From the NCBI GenBank assembly GCA_047285305.1, contig JBJBDL010000003.1, positions 416,001 to 480,000 on the forward strand: DNA of 64,000 bases, written 5' to 3'. Positions 51,915 through 61,881 of this stretch are shown here, piece after piece. The translations under genes and the position numbers were made by a program. Numbering within the stretch: the first letter of the stretch is position 1; every line of letters begins with the position of its first letter. The notes below the pieces were generated by a model that saw only the letters and a list, made by a program, of their open reading frames with translations, was not told the origin of the DNA and did not search any database. Source of the stretch: Synechococcus sp. (lineage in GTDB: Bacteria; Cyanobacteriota; Cyanobacteriia; PCC-6307; Cyanobiaceae).

Positions 51915-53191
51915 CGGCCCGTCTGTGCACATGGCTGAGGGGCGACTGCCCGGCCGCTGCTTCCCTCTGGGGTTGGTGCCTGTTTCAGCTCGGACTGTTG
52001 CTGCTTCCTTCCTCAGTCTTCCTGGCCAGCCTGCTGTTGCTGCCGGCCTTGGTCCTGGGCAGCCTCAGTCGTGAATCCGCCTACTGGCGTGATCGCTGGA
52101 ACTGGCCGCTCATGGTGGCTGGCGGGCTCATGCTGCTCGGCTGTTTCAGCGCCTTGCGTGCTGATCTGGCTTGGGCCGGTCTGGCCAATTGGCTGCCTTT
52201 CTTCTGGGGGTTCTGGGGGTTCCAGCCCTATGTGGCGGAGGCGGGGGCGCGTCGCCGTGCGGCGCTCTGGTTGGTGGCGGGGACGGTGCCTGTTTTGGTG
52301 ACCGGCTTGGGTCAGTTGTGGTTGGGGTGGCAGGGGCCCTGGCAGTTCCTGGGGGGCCTGGTGATCTGGTTCGTGGCCCCTGGGGGCGAGCCGAAGGGCC
52401 GACTGTCGGGCTTGTTCGATTACGCCAACATCGCCGCGGCCTGGATGGCACTGGTATGGCCGTTGATGTTGGCGGCCCTGATTCAGCCTGGTTTGAACCG
52501 CTTTCGTCGTGTGGTGATCTTCAGCCTCGCCGCAGCCTTGGTGATTGCGTTGGTGCTCACCGACTCACGCAATGGCTGGGGTGCGTTGGTGTTGGCGGTG
52601 CCCGTGGTGCTTGGGCCGGTGAGTTGGCCCTGGTTGTTACCCCTGCTGGCCCTTGGATTGATCCCTGTTCTGTTGGCGGTTTTGCAAGGTGTTCCGGAGC
52701 TTCTCCAGGACCCTGCCCGGGTTTTGGTTCCTGAGTCGGTGTGGTCACGGCTTGGCGATAGCCGCTATGCGGGGGAGCGTCCTCTCGCCTCTACCCGTGT
52801 TGGTCAGTGGGGCGTGGCTTTGCAGTTGATCGCTGAAAGACCATGGCTGGGCTGGGGTGCTGCAGCTTTTTCTGTGCTGTATCCCCTGCGCACTGGCATA
52901 TGGCATGGCCACTCCCACAATCTGCCGTTGGAGCTGGCGGTCAGCAGTGGGGTTCCGGCGATGCTTGCTCTAGTAGGTCTGGTGCTGGCGTTATTGATCG
53001 TTTCCTTGCGGTGCAGCCGTATGAAATTGTTTGATCGTGCCTGGTGGGGTGCGGTGTTGGTGCTGGTGGTGCTTCATGGCACCGACGTGCCTTTCTTTGA
53101 TAGCCGCTTGAACATTGCCGGTTGGATCCTGCTGGCCGGACTGCGCAGTCGGATTCGGCAGAGCGAGACGGCAGCGGTCAGCCCAGGCTGA
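51911..53191 (+). CDS. O-antigen ligase (Wzy_C) family membrane protein
   Basis: Multi-TM; TDSRNGW, RPWLGWG, HSHNL. Confidence 0.85.
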   Translation: MTARLCTWLRGDCPAAASLWGWCLFQLGLLLLPSSVFLASLLLLPALVLGSLSRESAYWRDRWNWPLMVAGGLMLLGCFSALRADLAWAGLANWLPFFWGFWGFQPYVAEAGARRRAALWLVAGTVPVLVTGLGQLWLGWQGPWQFLGGLVIWFVAPGGEPKGRLSGLFDYANIAAAWMALVWPLMLAALIQPGLNRFRRVVIFSLAAALVIALVLTDSRNGWGALVLAVPVVLGPVSWPWLLPLLALGLIPVLLAVLQGVPELLQDPARVLVPESVWSRLGDSRYAGERPLASTRVGQWGVALQLIAERPWLGWGAAAFSVLYPLRTGIWHGHSHNLPLELAVSSGVPAMLALVGLVLALLIVSLRCSRMKLFDRAWWGAVLVLVVLHGTDVPFFDSRLNIAGWILLAGLRSRIRQSETAAVSPG

Positions 53192-54812
53192 GGGCCTCTT
53201 GGCGATGCTCCTGCAGCTTCGTCTGACTCAAGGGGCCATCGAGATGCCCCCAGGGCAAGACCGTGTCAGAGCTCCACTCATCGTGCACCACGCTTTGCCA
53301 ACTGGGGGGGAGCGGCAAGACAACGCCTGCGCTGCGGGCTTCAGGGAGTTCACCTGCTAGGGCGGCTCTATAGGCCTTTTTCCAACCACCCAGGCTTTCT
53401 TGGGAGCCGCGCACCGCTGCGATCACGGGCGCCAGGCGTCGGTCGCTGCGGGAGAGCAGGGCCTGGATCACGCTCCAGCCGTAGCTTTCCGGACGCAGAT
53501 CAATGCCCTTGGGTTTGAGGCGTTTGGCCAGCAGTTTCAGGCGTTTTTCAGCTTCGGGGCGTACCCCCTGCCATTGGAAGGGAGTATGGGCTTTGGGAAC
53601 GAAAGTGCTTACCCCTAGGGTGAAGCGCAGTCCAGGGGTGGCTTTTTTAAGGCTCAGCAGTAGTGCTGCGGTGCTTTCCACATCGTCGTTGTCTTCGCAG
53701 GGGAGTCCCACCATTCCGTAGAGCTTCAAAGCCTTGAGGCCTCCTTGCTTGGCATGGCGGGCCGCAGCTTCAATTTCTTCGCCGCTGAGCTTTTTGTTCA
53801 CAACGCGGCGCATGCGCTCGCTGCCGCTCTCGATAGCGATGGTGAGGGATTTGCTACCTCGTCCTGCCAACACAGCCGCCAGCTTCGGAGTGACCGTTGC
53901 GGCCCGCACGGAACTGACGCTGACCCTCAGGTCATCGAAGCGGTCTTGGGCTAGCCAGTGGAGCAGATCGCTGAACTGAGGGTGCTGGGTTACGGATGCC
54001 CCCAGCAGGCCGAGGCGTTTGGTGGCTTTGAGGCCTTTCTCAACCGCAGGGATCAGCCCTTCATCTAACGATGGGGTTCGGAACGGCAGGGTCAGATAGC
54101 TGGCCAGGCAAAAGCGGCACAGTTCCGGGCAGCTGCGCACCACTTCGACCATGTGGATGTCGGGCCACGCCGCTTCCGGGGTAATCACTGTTGAGTGGCT
54201 GAGGCTGTTGCCGCGCCAAGTCTGTTTGGCTACCCGTTCTGGAAGAGTTGCATCCACCGGTGCCAACCCCAACAGGGTCCCGTCCGCTGCATAGCGGGGT
54301 GCATGGAGCTCTGGCACGTAGATCCCCGGCACTAGGGCTAGATGCTGCAGTTGTTCGGCTCGGGGTTGGCCCTTCACGCTCTGAAGGGCATCGATAAATG
54401 CGGGCAGCAGATCTTCGCCATCGCCTAGCAGCACTACATCAAAAAACGGTGCAAGGGGCTCGGGATTGGCGGTGAGCACAGGTCCGCCACCAAACACGAT
54501 TGGATGGTCGTCGGTGCGCGCGTGGCTCCAGATCGGGATGCGCTGCTGTTCCAGCAGATCGAGCAGCACTGGTCCGTCGAGTTCCCAGCTGAGAGAAAGC
54601 CCAAACAGGTCGCAGTGCCGGTGGGGTGGATCTCCTTGATCAGTGAAAAGTCGGCGCACGTCAACGTCGGACCGCATCGCCAGGGTGGACCAGACGATCT
54701 GATAACCAAGGCTGGTAATGCCAACCGTGTAAGTGCTGGGGAAGGCAAGCACCGTGCGCAGGGCTCCGGGTTCCGGCGTGGCCGGATCGAACAGCAGCGT
54801 TTCCTGGTTCAG
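53178..54812 (-). CDS. B12-binding-domain radical SAM protein
   Basis: CPELCRFC (CxxxCxxC), GGPVLTANPEP, FVPKAHTPF; the frame extends to CTG 54812. Confidence 0.9.
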   Translation of the reverse strand: MNQETLLFDPATPEPGALRTVLAFPSTYTVGITSLGYQIVWSTLAMRSDVDVRRLFTDQGDPPHRHCDLFGLSLSWELDGPVLLDLLEQQRIPIWSHARTDDHPIVFGGGPVLTANPEPLAPFFDVVLLGDGEDLLPAFIDALQSVKGQPRAEQLQHLALVPGIYVPELHAPRYAADGTLLGLAPVDATLPERVAKQTWRGNSLSHSTVITPEAAWPDIHMVEVVRSCPELCRFCLASYLTLPFRTPSLDEGLIPAVEKGLKATKRLGLLGASVTQHPQFSDLLHWLAQDRFDDLRVSVSSVRAATVTPKLAAVLAGRGSKSLTIAIESGSERMRRVVNKKLSGEEIEAAARHAKQGGLKALKLYGMVGLPCEDNDDVESTAALLLSLKKATPGLRFTLGVSTFVPKAHTPFQWQGVRPEAEKRLKLLAKRLKPKGIDLRPESYGWSVIQALLSRSDRRLAPVIAAVRGSQESLGGWKKAYRAALAGELPEARSAGVVLPLPPSWQSVVHDEWSSDTVLPWGHLDGPLSQTKLQEHRQEALSLG

Positions 54813-56254
54813 CTGGGGCCTCCTGTTGGGCCTGATGGCAGGGATGGCGGCGTGAATGGACGTCTGTAGCGGTTGAGCTTCATCGTCATCCGATCTTCAG
54901 CATCGAGTTCCATGCTCATCTGACGTTCGTAGATTGAGTGGGGATGGAAAAGTCGGGCGATCACGAAGCTGGTCAGACAGGCCACCAGGATCGGTTTGAG
55001 GATCAGCAGATCCTTGGTGAGGGCAAAGGCCAGGAACATCGCCGAGATCGGCGTGCGGGAACAGCCGGCCACGAAGGCGCCCATGCCCGCGAACACATAG
55101 GTGGTGGGCACATGGCCGGTGAGGGCTTCAACGCCAGATCCCCCGGCCAAGCCAATGGCCCCTCCCAGCGTCAGCATTGGCATGAACAGTCCCCCTGGCG
55201 CTCCTGAGCCCGCCGCCAGGCCGGTGCTGAAGAAGAGCACCACAAAGCTGGCAAGGGCCAGGCTGATATCGGCTTTTCCGGCTCCGATCAGGTGCTTCAG
55301 TTCGCTGGGGTTATGAAAGGCATCCGGCAGGGCCGCATAGACGCAGCCCAGCACGAGCCCGCTTACGGTCATGCGCAGGATCAGTCGGTCCCCGAACCAA
55401 CGGTTGCCCTGCCGCTGCATGGTGAGCACGTAGCGGCTGTAGAGCTCCGCTAGCACACCTATCACCACGCCGAGAGCCACCAGATACAGCAGATCCACCG
55501 GCAGGAAGCGCACCAGGGGGGTGTACTCCCGTTCCAGTTGAAACCCGATGGTGCTGTTGAGCCCGCCGCCCCCGGGGTTGAGGCCGAGAAAGCCGAGCAC
55601 ATCCGCCAGGGTGTCGGCCGAGAAGGTGGTGATGATCACCAGCAGCAGCACCACGGGCCTGGCGGAGTGGAGCAGCTCCTCGATCGCGTAGATGAATCCA
55701 CCGATAGGAGCACTGAACACGGCGGCAATACCGGCACCACCACCGGCGGCCACAATCACCCGGCGAAAGGCCACCGGTGCTCGCAGCCAGCGGGACATCT
55801 GCCAGGCCACGGAGCCGCCCATCTGAACGGCGGGGCCTTCCGGGCCCAGGGGGAAACCCGAGCCGATGGCAATGATGCCCGCCACCAGTTTCACCAGGCC
55901 CACCCGAAGCCCCATCGGAACTGACCGGTGGCGCAGGAAGCCCATGATGTGGGTGATCCCGGCTCCGCCAGCGGCCGGAGACAGGTTGGTGATCAACCAG
56001 GCCGAGACCATACCGCCGATGGCGCCTAGGGCGGGGAGTACCACCCAGGCTGGAAATTCATCGAGCAGGTCGAGCCGCCAATCCCGCAGCAGGTTGATGC
56101 CGCTGGTGAACAGCAGGCCGGTGATGGCAGCCCCAAGGCCCGTGAGCGCCAGAGCCAAAACCACCACCAGCCAGCGGCGTTCCAACAACCTCGTGATGCT
56201 CCGGCTGGAGCCCAGGAGGTGGCGTAGTTGTTTGGGTTCGCTAAGGGATGGCAC
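54809..56254 (-). CDS. ClC H+/Cl- exchange transporter
   Basis: GAGIT, GPEGP, AAVFSAPIGG, PGGLFMP. Confidence 0.92.
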   Translation of the reverse strand: MPSLSEPKQLRHLLGSSRSITRLLERRWLVVVLALALTGLGAAITGLLFTSGINLLRDWRLDLLDEFPAWVVLPALGAIGGMVSAWLITNLSPAAGGAGITHIMGFLRHRSVPMGLRVGLVKLVAGIIAIGSGFPLGPEGPAVQMGGSVAWQMSRWLRAPVAFRRVIVAAGGGAGIAAVFSAPIGGFIYAIEELLHSARPVVLLLVIITTFSADTLADVLGFLGLNPGGGGLNSTIGFQLEREYTPLVRFLPVDLLYLVALGVVIGVLAELYSRYVLTMQRQGNRWFGDRLILRMTVSGLVLGCVYAALPDAFHNPSELKHLIGAGKADISLALASFVVLFFSTGLAAGSGAPGGLFMPMLTLGGAIGLAGGSGVEALTGHVPTTYVFAGMGAFVAGCSRTPISAMFLAFALTKDLLILKPILVACLTSFVIARLFHPHSIYERQMSMELDAEDRMTMKLNRYRRPFTPPSLPSGPTGGPS

Positions 56255-56272
56255 AGATGAGGTGATTCGGGA

Positions 56273-58855
56273 TCAGGCCTGAGCCAGAACGGTTGCTTCG
56301 TCGTCAGCACTGACCACGCGCCCCTGGTCTTCAAAGCCGCTGATCTGATCGAAGTTCAGGTAGCGGTAGAGCTCATCGGAGAGGGGATCGATCTTCTCGG
56401 CCGCAATGCTGCGGTATTCCTCCGGGGTGGGAATGCGTCCCAGCTGGGCGCAGACGGCGGCGAGTTCGGCGCTGCCCAGGTACACCTGAGCACCTTTGCC
56501 AAGGCGGTTGTTGAAGTTGCGGGTGCTGGTGGAGAACACGGTGGTGTTGTCCTCCACGCGGGCTTGGTTGCCCATGCAGAGAGAGCAACCCGGCATCTCC
56601 ATGCGTGACCCGGCGGCCTCGAAGGTGGCGTAGTAGCCCTCCTCTTTGAGGGTCTCTTCGTCCATCCGCGTTGGGGGACAGACCCAGAGGCGCGCCGTGT
56701 TCTGGCCGGCGCCTTCCAGCACCTTGGCCGCGGCGCGGTAGTGGCCGATGTTGGTCATGCAGGAGCCGATGAACACCTCCTGCACAGGGTCACCAGCCAC
56801 CTCGCTGAGCAGCTTCACGTTGTCGGGATCGTTGGGGCAGGCCACCACCGGTTCGGTGAGCTCGTCGAGGTTGATTTCCAGCACTTCCGCGTACTCCGCG
56901 TCTGCGTCAGCACTCATCAGCTGGGGATTCGCCAGCCAGGCCTCCATCTCCTTGATCCGGCGGGCCAGGGTGCGGGCGTCGCTGTAGCCGCGGGCGATCA
57001 TGTTTTTCAGCAGCGCCACGTTGCTGCGCAGGTATTCGCTCACCGTATCTTCAGAGAGTTTGATCGTGCAGCCGGCGCAGGAGCGTTCGGCGCTGGCATC
57101 GGTGAGTTCGAAGGCCTGTTCCAGCTTCAGGTCGGGCAGACCTTCGATCTCCATAATCCGGCCGTTGAACAGATTCTTCTTGTTGGCTTTTTCAACGGTG
57201 AGCAGTCCCCGCTGGATGGCCACCCAGGGGATGGCGTTCACCACGTCCCGGAGCGTGACGCCCGGTTGAAGGGATCCGCTGAAGCGCACCAGCACCGATT
57301 CAGGCATGTCCAGTGGCATGGCGCCGATGGCGGCTGCAAAGGCCACAACCCCAGAGCCGCCTGGGAAGGAAATGCCAAGGGGGAACCGGGTGTGGCTGTC
57401 GCCGCCAGTGCCGACGGTGTCGGGAAGAAGCATCCGGTTCAGCCAGCTGTGGATGATGCCGTCACCGGGTCGAAGGGCCACTCCACCGCGCTGGGCGAAG
57501 AAGTCGGGCAGTTCGTTCTGGGTCTGCAGATCTACCGGCTTCGGATAGGCGGCGGTGTGGCAGAAGCTCTGCATCACCAAGTCGGAGGAGAAGCCCAGGC
57601 AGGCCAGTTCCTTCATTTCGTCCCGCGTCATCGGGCCGGTGGTGTCCTGGGAGCCGACGGTGGTCATCAGCGGTTCGCAGCTGGTGCCGGGTCGGACGCC
57701 TGCAAGACCGCAGGCCTTGCCCACCATCTTCTGCGCCAGGGTGAAGCCCTTGCCGGTGTCTGCCGGGGCTGAGGGGCGGATGAACAGATCCGAAGGGGTG
57801 AGGCCAAGCTTGGCGCGCACCTTGTCGGTGAGAGCGCGACCGATCATCAGGGGGATGCGACCACCGGCCCGCACCTCGTCGCTGATCGTGGTGGGCTTCA
57901 GCTCGAACCGACTCACCACCTTGCCGTCCCGTTCGATCGTGCCGGCGTGGGGGCGAATGGTGATCACATCACCGGTGTTCAGGTCGGTGACATCGCATTC
58001 GATTGGCAGGGCACCGGAGTCTTCAGCGGTGTTGAAGAAGATCGGAGCGATCTTGCCGCCGAGGATCACGCCGCCCGCCCGTTTGTTAGGCACATGGGGA
58101 ATGTCATTGCCGGTGTGCCAGAGCACCGAATTGATGGCGCTCTTGCGGGAGCTTCCGGTTCCTACCACATCACCGACGTAAGCTACGGGATGGCCTTTCT
58201 CTTTCAGGCCTGCGATGGTTTTCAGGCCCTCTGGATCGCGGGTCTCGAGCATCGCCAGGGCATGGACGGGGATGTCCGGCCGGGTGGTGGCATGGGTGGC
58301 CGGCGACAGATCGTCGGTGTTGGTTTCGCCTTCAACCTTGAACACCGTCACTGTGATGCTCTCGGCCAGTTCGGGCTTGGCGGTGAACCACTCGGCTGCG
58401 GCCCAGCTGTCCACAACTTGCTTGGCGAAGCGGTTGTCCGCCGCCAGATCCATCACTTCGTTGAATGCGTCGTAGACGAGCAGCGTTCGGCTGAGTCCCT
58501 CAGCAGCACAGCCAGCCAGCGCAGCGTCGGAGTGCTTCAGCAGCTCGATTAGGGCGGCGACGTTGTATCCCCCCACCATCGTTCCCAGCAGACGGGTGGC
58601 CTCCAGTGATGACACCAGGGGGCTCTTGACGTCTCCCTGAGCCACGGCACTGAGCCAGGTGGCCTTCACGTAGGCCGCTTCATCCACACCCGGGGGGATC
58701 CGCTCGCTCAGCAGGTGCAGCAGGAACTCCTCCTCGCCGGCGGGAGGGTTCTGCAGCAATTCGGTCAGTCCCTTGGTCTGCTCGGCGTTGAGCGGAAGAG
58801 CGGGAACGCCCTGGGCTTCCCGGGCGGCAGCCAGCTCGCGGTAAGCGCTCAGCAT
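56273..58855 (-). CDS. acnB: Aconitate hydratase B
   Basis: [37 protein letters not shown]. Confidence 0.97.
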   Translation of the reverse strand: MLSAYRELAAAREAQGVPALPLNAEQTKGLTELLQNPPAGEEEFLLHLLSERIPPGVDEAAYVKATWLSAVAQGDVKSPLVSSLEATRLLGTMVGGYNVAALIELLKHSDAALAGCAAEGLSRTLLVYDAFNEVMDLAADNRFAKQVVDSWAAAEWFTAKPELAESITVTVFKVEGETNTDDLSPATHATTRPDIPVHALAMLETRDPEGLKTIAGLKEKGHPVAYVGDVVGTGSSRKSAINSVLWHTGNDIPHVPNKRAGGVILGGKIAPIFFNTAEDSGALPIECDVTDLNTGDVITIRPHAGTIERDGKVVSRFELKPTTISDEVRAGGRIPLMIGRALTDKVRAKLGLTPSDLFIRPSAPADTGKGFTLAQKMVGKACGLAGVRPGTSCEPLMTTVGSQDTTGPMTRDEMKELACLGFSSDLVMQSFCHTAAYPKPVDLQTQNELPDFFAQRGGVALRPGDGIIHSWLNRMLLPDTVGTGGDSHTRFPLGISFPGGSGVVAFAAAIGAMPLDMPESVLVRFSGSLQPGVTLRDVVNAIPWVAIQRGLLTVEKANKKNLFNGRIMEIEGLPDLKLEQAFELTDASAERSCAGCTIKLSEDTVSEYLRSNVALLKNMIARGYSDARTLARRIKEMEAWLANPQLMSADADAEYAEVLEINLDELTEPVVACPNDPDNVKLLSEVAGDPVQEVFIGSCMTNIGHYRAAAKVLEGAGQNTARLWVCPPTRMDEETLKEEGYYATFEAAGSRMEMPGCSLCMGNQARVEDNTTVFSTSTRNFNNRLGKGAQVYLGSAELAAVCAQLGRIPTPEEYRSIAAEKIDPLSDELYRYLNFDQISGFEDQGRVVSADDEATVLAQA

Positions 58856-58951
58856 GGAGATCTCTGTTCAGGGATGACCACTATTCTTCCGGACCGTGTC
58901 TGTTGCCAGTGAGCGGGGTGCGTAGCCTTGGTCGGAGTCTCGCGTCCAGTC

Positions 58952-60019
58952 ATGGCCACCACCTCCGATTTGCATGTGGTGGAGACACGTCCCTTGGTGG
59001 CCCCTGCCGTGTTGCATCAGGAGCTGCCCATGGACGCGGCGGCACTCGAAACGGTGGCGTCTGCCCGCCGGCGCATTCAAGACATCCTCAGTGGCCGTGA
59101 TCAGCGCCTGCTGGTGGTGGTGGGCCCCTGCTCTGTCCATGACGTCAAAGCAGCCCGGGAGTATGCCCAGCGCCTGGCTCCGATCCGCGAGCGTTTGAAG
59201 GATCAGCTCGAGGTGGTGATGAGGGTGTATTTCGAGAAGCCGCGCACCACAGTCGGTTGGAAGGGACTGATCAACGACCCCCACCTCGACGACTCCTACG
59301 ACATCAACACCGGTCTGCGGCGGGCTCGGGGATTGCTGTTGGATCTCGCCCGGGAGGGGATGCCTGCTGCAACGGAACTGCTCGATCCTGTTGTTCCGCA
59401 GTACATCGCTGATTTGATCAGTTGGACCGCGATTGGCGCCAGGACGACAGAAAGTCAGACCCACCGTGAAATGGCTTCAGGGTTGTCGATGCCTATCGGC
59501 TACAAGAACGGCACCAACGGCAGCGCCACCATCGCGATCAATGCCATGCAGGCGGCAGCCAAGCCGCATCACTTCCTCGGCATCAATCGCGATGGTCATG
59601 CCTCGATCGTCAGCACCACGGGAAATCCCTATGGCCACCTTGTGCTGCGCGGCGGCAGCCAGGGCAGCAATTACCACTTGGAGGCTGTGCAGGAGTCCGC
59701 AGCCGAGTTGAGCAAAGCCGGTCTGCAGGATCGTCTGATGGTGGATTGCAGCCATGCCAACAGCAATAAAGACTTCCGCCGACAGGCGGAGGTGCTGGCC
59801 AGCGTTGCTGAGCAGTTGCGGGAGGGCTCCAATCACGTGATGGGCGTGATGATCGAGAGCCATCTGGTGGAAGGCAACCAGAAGCTCAACGCCGACCTGA
59901 CGCAGCTGACCTATGGCCAGAGCGTCACGGATGCCTGCATCAGCCTCGAGACCACCGAAACCTTGTTGGAGGATCTGGCCGCGGCCGTGGCCAGTCGCAA
60001 ACAGACAGTTATCGCCTGA
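58952..60019 (+). CDS. aroG: 3-deoxy-7-phosphoheptulonate (DAHP) synthase, class I-alpha (AroF/G/H type)
   Basis: GPCSVHD, YFEKPRTTVGWKG, IGARTTESQ, DCSHANS, TDAC. Confidence 0.93.
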   Translation: MATTSDLHVVETRPLVAPAVLHQELPMDAAALETVASARRRIQDILSGRDQRLLVVVGPCSVHDVKAAREYAQRLAPIRERLKDQLEVVMRVYFEKPRTTVGWKGLINDPHLDDSYDINTGLRRARGLLLDLAREGMPAATELLDPVVPQYIADLISWTAIGARTTESQTHREMASGLSMPIGYKNGTNGSATIAINAMQAAAKPHHFLGINRDGHASIVSTTGNPYGHLVLRGGSQGSNYHLEAVQESAAELSKAGLQDRLMVDCSHANSNKDFRRQAEVLASVAEQLREGSNHVMGVMIESHLVEGNQKLNADLTQLTYGQSVTDACISLETTETLLEDLAAAVASRKQTVIA

Positions 60020-60035
60020 GCATCAACGCTTTGGT

Positions 60036-60686
60036 TCAGACCACCAGTTGACTCCACAGCACCCCCACGCTGAGGGGAACGCTGAGGTTGTCGAGACCGC
60101 TCCAGCTGAGCTGCTCCAAACTGGTTGCCATGGCCACCATGCAAACGGCTGCTTGCAGGGATAGGTCAGCCCCCGACCATCGCGCCAGGCCAATCAGCAC
60201 CAAGCCTGAGACAACGGCCATGGTCATCGTGCCGACGCTTGATTTGGTCTGACCAAACAGAATCCACTTCGGGGACTCGACGTTGCGGCCGATCAACGCT
60301 GCAAGGCCATCCCCCAGGGCCATCACCAGAACCCCGGCGGACACCGCATCGGCTCGGGTTGGCCAGAACAGCAGAAGCAGCGTTGTGATTGCGATGCCGT
60401 AGGCGATGGTGCCGTAGCTGTTGCGATCAACATCCTCAACGGCGGGGATGAAGCGCCATTGGTGGTTGATCGTCGTCACAACTGTGATCACCGCCGCAAC
60501 AGGCAGGGCAATGACGAAGGGAATTTCAAAGAACCAGGCCAAGGGAACCACGGCTCCGGTTCCGATGTGGACAATTTTTCGGCTCAGTTCCCGTTGGTTC
60601 GGCCGAAGCCGGCGGCACAAAACCGCGCCTGCTATCACCATCGCCATCCAGGTCAGGATGGCGATGGGTCCGGTGATGGAAAGCAA
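60036..60686 (-). CDS. Phytol/dolichol kinase family membrane protein
   Basis: SRKIVHIGTG, GDGLAALIG, KSSVG, DNLSVP. Confidence 0.9.
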   Translation of the reverse strand: MLSITGPIAILTWMAMVIAGAVLCRRLRPNQRELSRKIVHIGTGAVVPLAWFFEIPFVIALPVAAVITVVTTINHQWRFIPAVEDVDRNSYGTIAYGIAITTLLLLFWPTRADAVSAGVLVMALGDGLAALIGRNVESPKWILFGQTKSSVGTMTMAVVSGLVLIGLARWSGADLSLQAAVCMVAMATSLEQLSWSGLDNLSVPLSVGVLWSQLVV

Positions 60687-60691
60687 GTTGC

Positions 60692-61681
60692 TTAGGCGGC
60701 TTGTTGGTGGTTGGTCATGGCGCGTAGCTTGAGAATCGCTTTGGCCTCCAGCTGTCGGACGCGCTCGCGCGACACATTGATCTGACGACCGATCTCCGCA
60801 AGAGTCAGAGGCTCTTCACCACCAAGACCGAACCGCAACTTCAGAATCTTCTGCTCGCGTTCATTCAACTGCGACAGCCAGCCCCCCAGATGTTCCTTCT
60901 GGATGCTGCGATCCATCCCCTCCATCGGCTCTTCACCGTTGGGATCCGGGATCAGTTCGCCCAGGGTGCTGCGATCTTCCTCGCCACGGGCATGGGCATC
61001 CAGTGATGCACAGGGTGCGCTCTGGGAGATCAGATCCTCCAGTTCCCGGGGCTCGATGCCCATGGCACTCGCCAACTCGAGCCGATTCGGTTGACGACCG
61101 AATCGGTGGGACAGCTCCCGGGAGATGCGACGCATCTTGGAAAGCTTTTCGCTGATGTGGATTGGCAGGCGAATGGTGCGAGCACTGTTGTCGATGGCCC
61201 GCGTCATGCCTTGGCGAATCCACCAGTAGGCATAGGTGGAAAATTTGTAGCCCATGGCGGGGTCGAACTTGTCGACCGCTCGCTCCAGCCCGATCGCACC
61301 TTCTTGAACCAGATCGAGCAGCTCCAGGCCCTGGTTCTGGTATTTCTTCGCCACGCTCACCACGAGCCGGAGGTTGGCGGCCATCATCCTGTCACGGGCT
61401 CGTTTGCCCATGCGGATCTTGTGGCGATGCCGGGAGGTCAGCTCCTCTTCCGGTAGCTCCTGAAGTTGCTTCATCGCTTGCACATGGTGTGCAAGTTCGA
61501 TCTCTTCAGCTGCCGTCAGCAAGGGGATACGTCCGATGCTGCTCAGATAAAAACCAATGGAGTCGGTGGCAAGCCGCCCTCCTTGTCGAGTCGATGGTCG
61601 ACGTCCGGTGGACGGCAACGCAGGTTCCTTCCGGGACGACTGTTTTGTCGTGCCGGAAGATTCCAGAGGGATCCCCATCAC
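60692..61681 (-). CDS. Group 2 sigma-70 factor
   Basis: IGRIPLLT, ANLRLVVSVAKKY, KFSTYAYWWIRQ, SRERVRQLE. Confidence 0.95.
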   Translation of the reverse strand: MMGIPLESSGTTKQSSRKEPALPSTGRRPSTRQGGRLATDSIGFYLSSIGRIPLLTAAEEIELAHHVQAMKQLQELPEEELTSRHRHKIRMGKRARDRMMAANLRLVVSVAKKYQNQGLELLDLVQEGAIGLERAVDKFDPAMGYKFSTYAYWWIRQGMTRAIDNSARTIRLPIHISEKLSKMRRISRELSHRFGRQPNRLELASAMGIEPRELEDLISQSAPCASLDAHARGEEDRSTLGELIPDPNGEEPMEGMDRSIQKEHLGGWLSQLNEREQKILKLRFGLGGEEPLTLAEIGRQINVSRERVRQLEAKAILKLRAMTNHQQAA

Positions 61682-61881
61682 CCTGGTCTCCTGAATGAAT
61701 TTGGGCTGAACTTAGCACCAAGCAACAGTGCTGACTGTTTCGAATCGAAAGAATTTCAGGAGCTGAATCTTTGGGCTTTCAAAACAACTGATTCGGCCGT
61801 GATCGTGGCAACTTCAAGTTTGTTTTTGAAGGAATGTTGTATCGGATGTCACAGACGTAATCTCTTTGAAAACCAAAAGAA

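Noticed and set aside
61712..61734. CIRCE-like inverted repeat TTAGCAC-N9-GTGCTGA upstream of the sigma factor
   Set aside because: CIRCE needs 13 nt between these 7-mers (TTAGCACTC-N9-GAGTGCTAA). The spacing is 4 nt short, so it is at most a leader hairpin.
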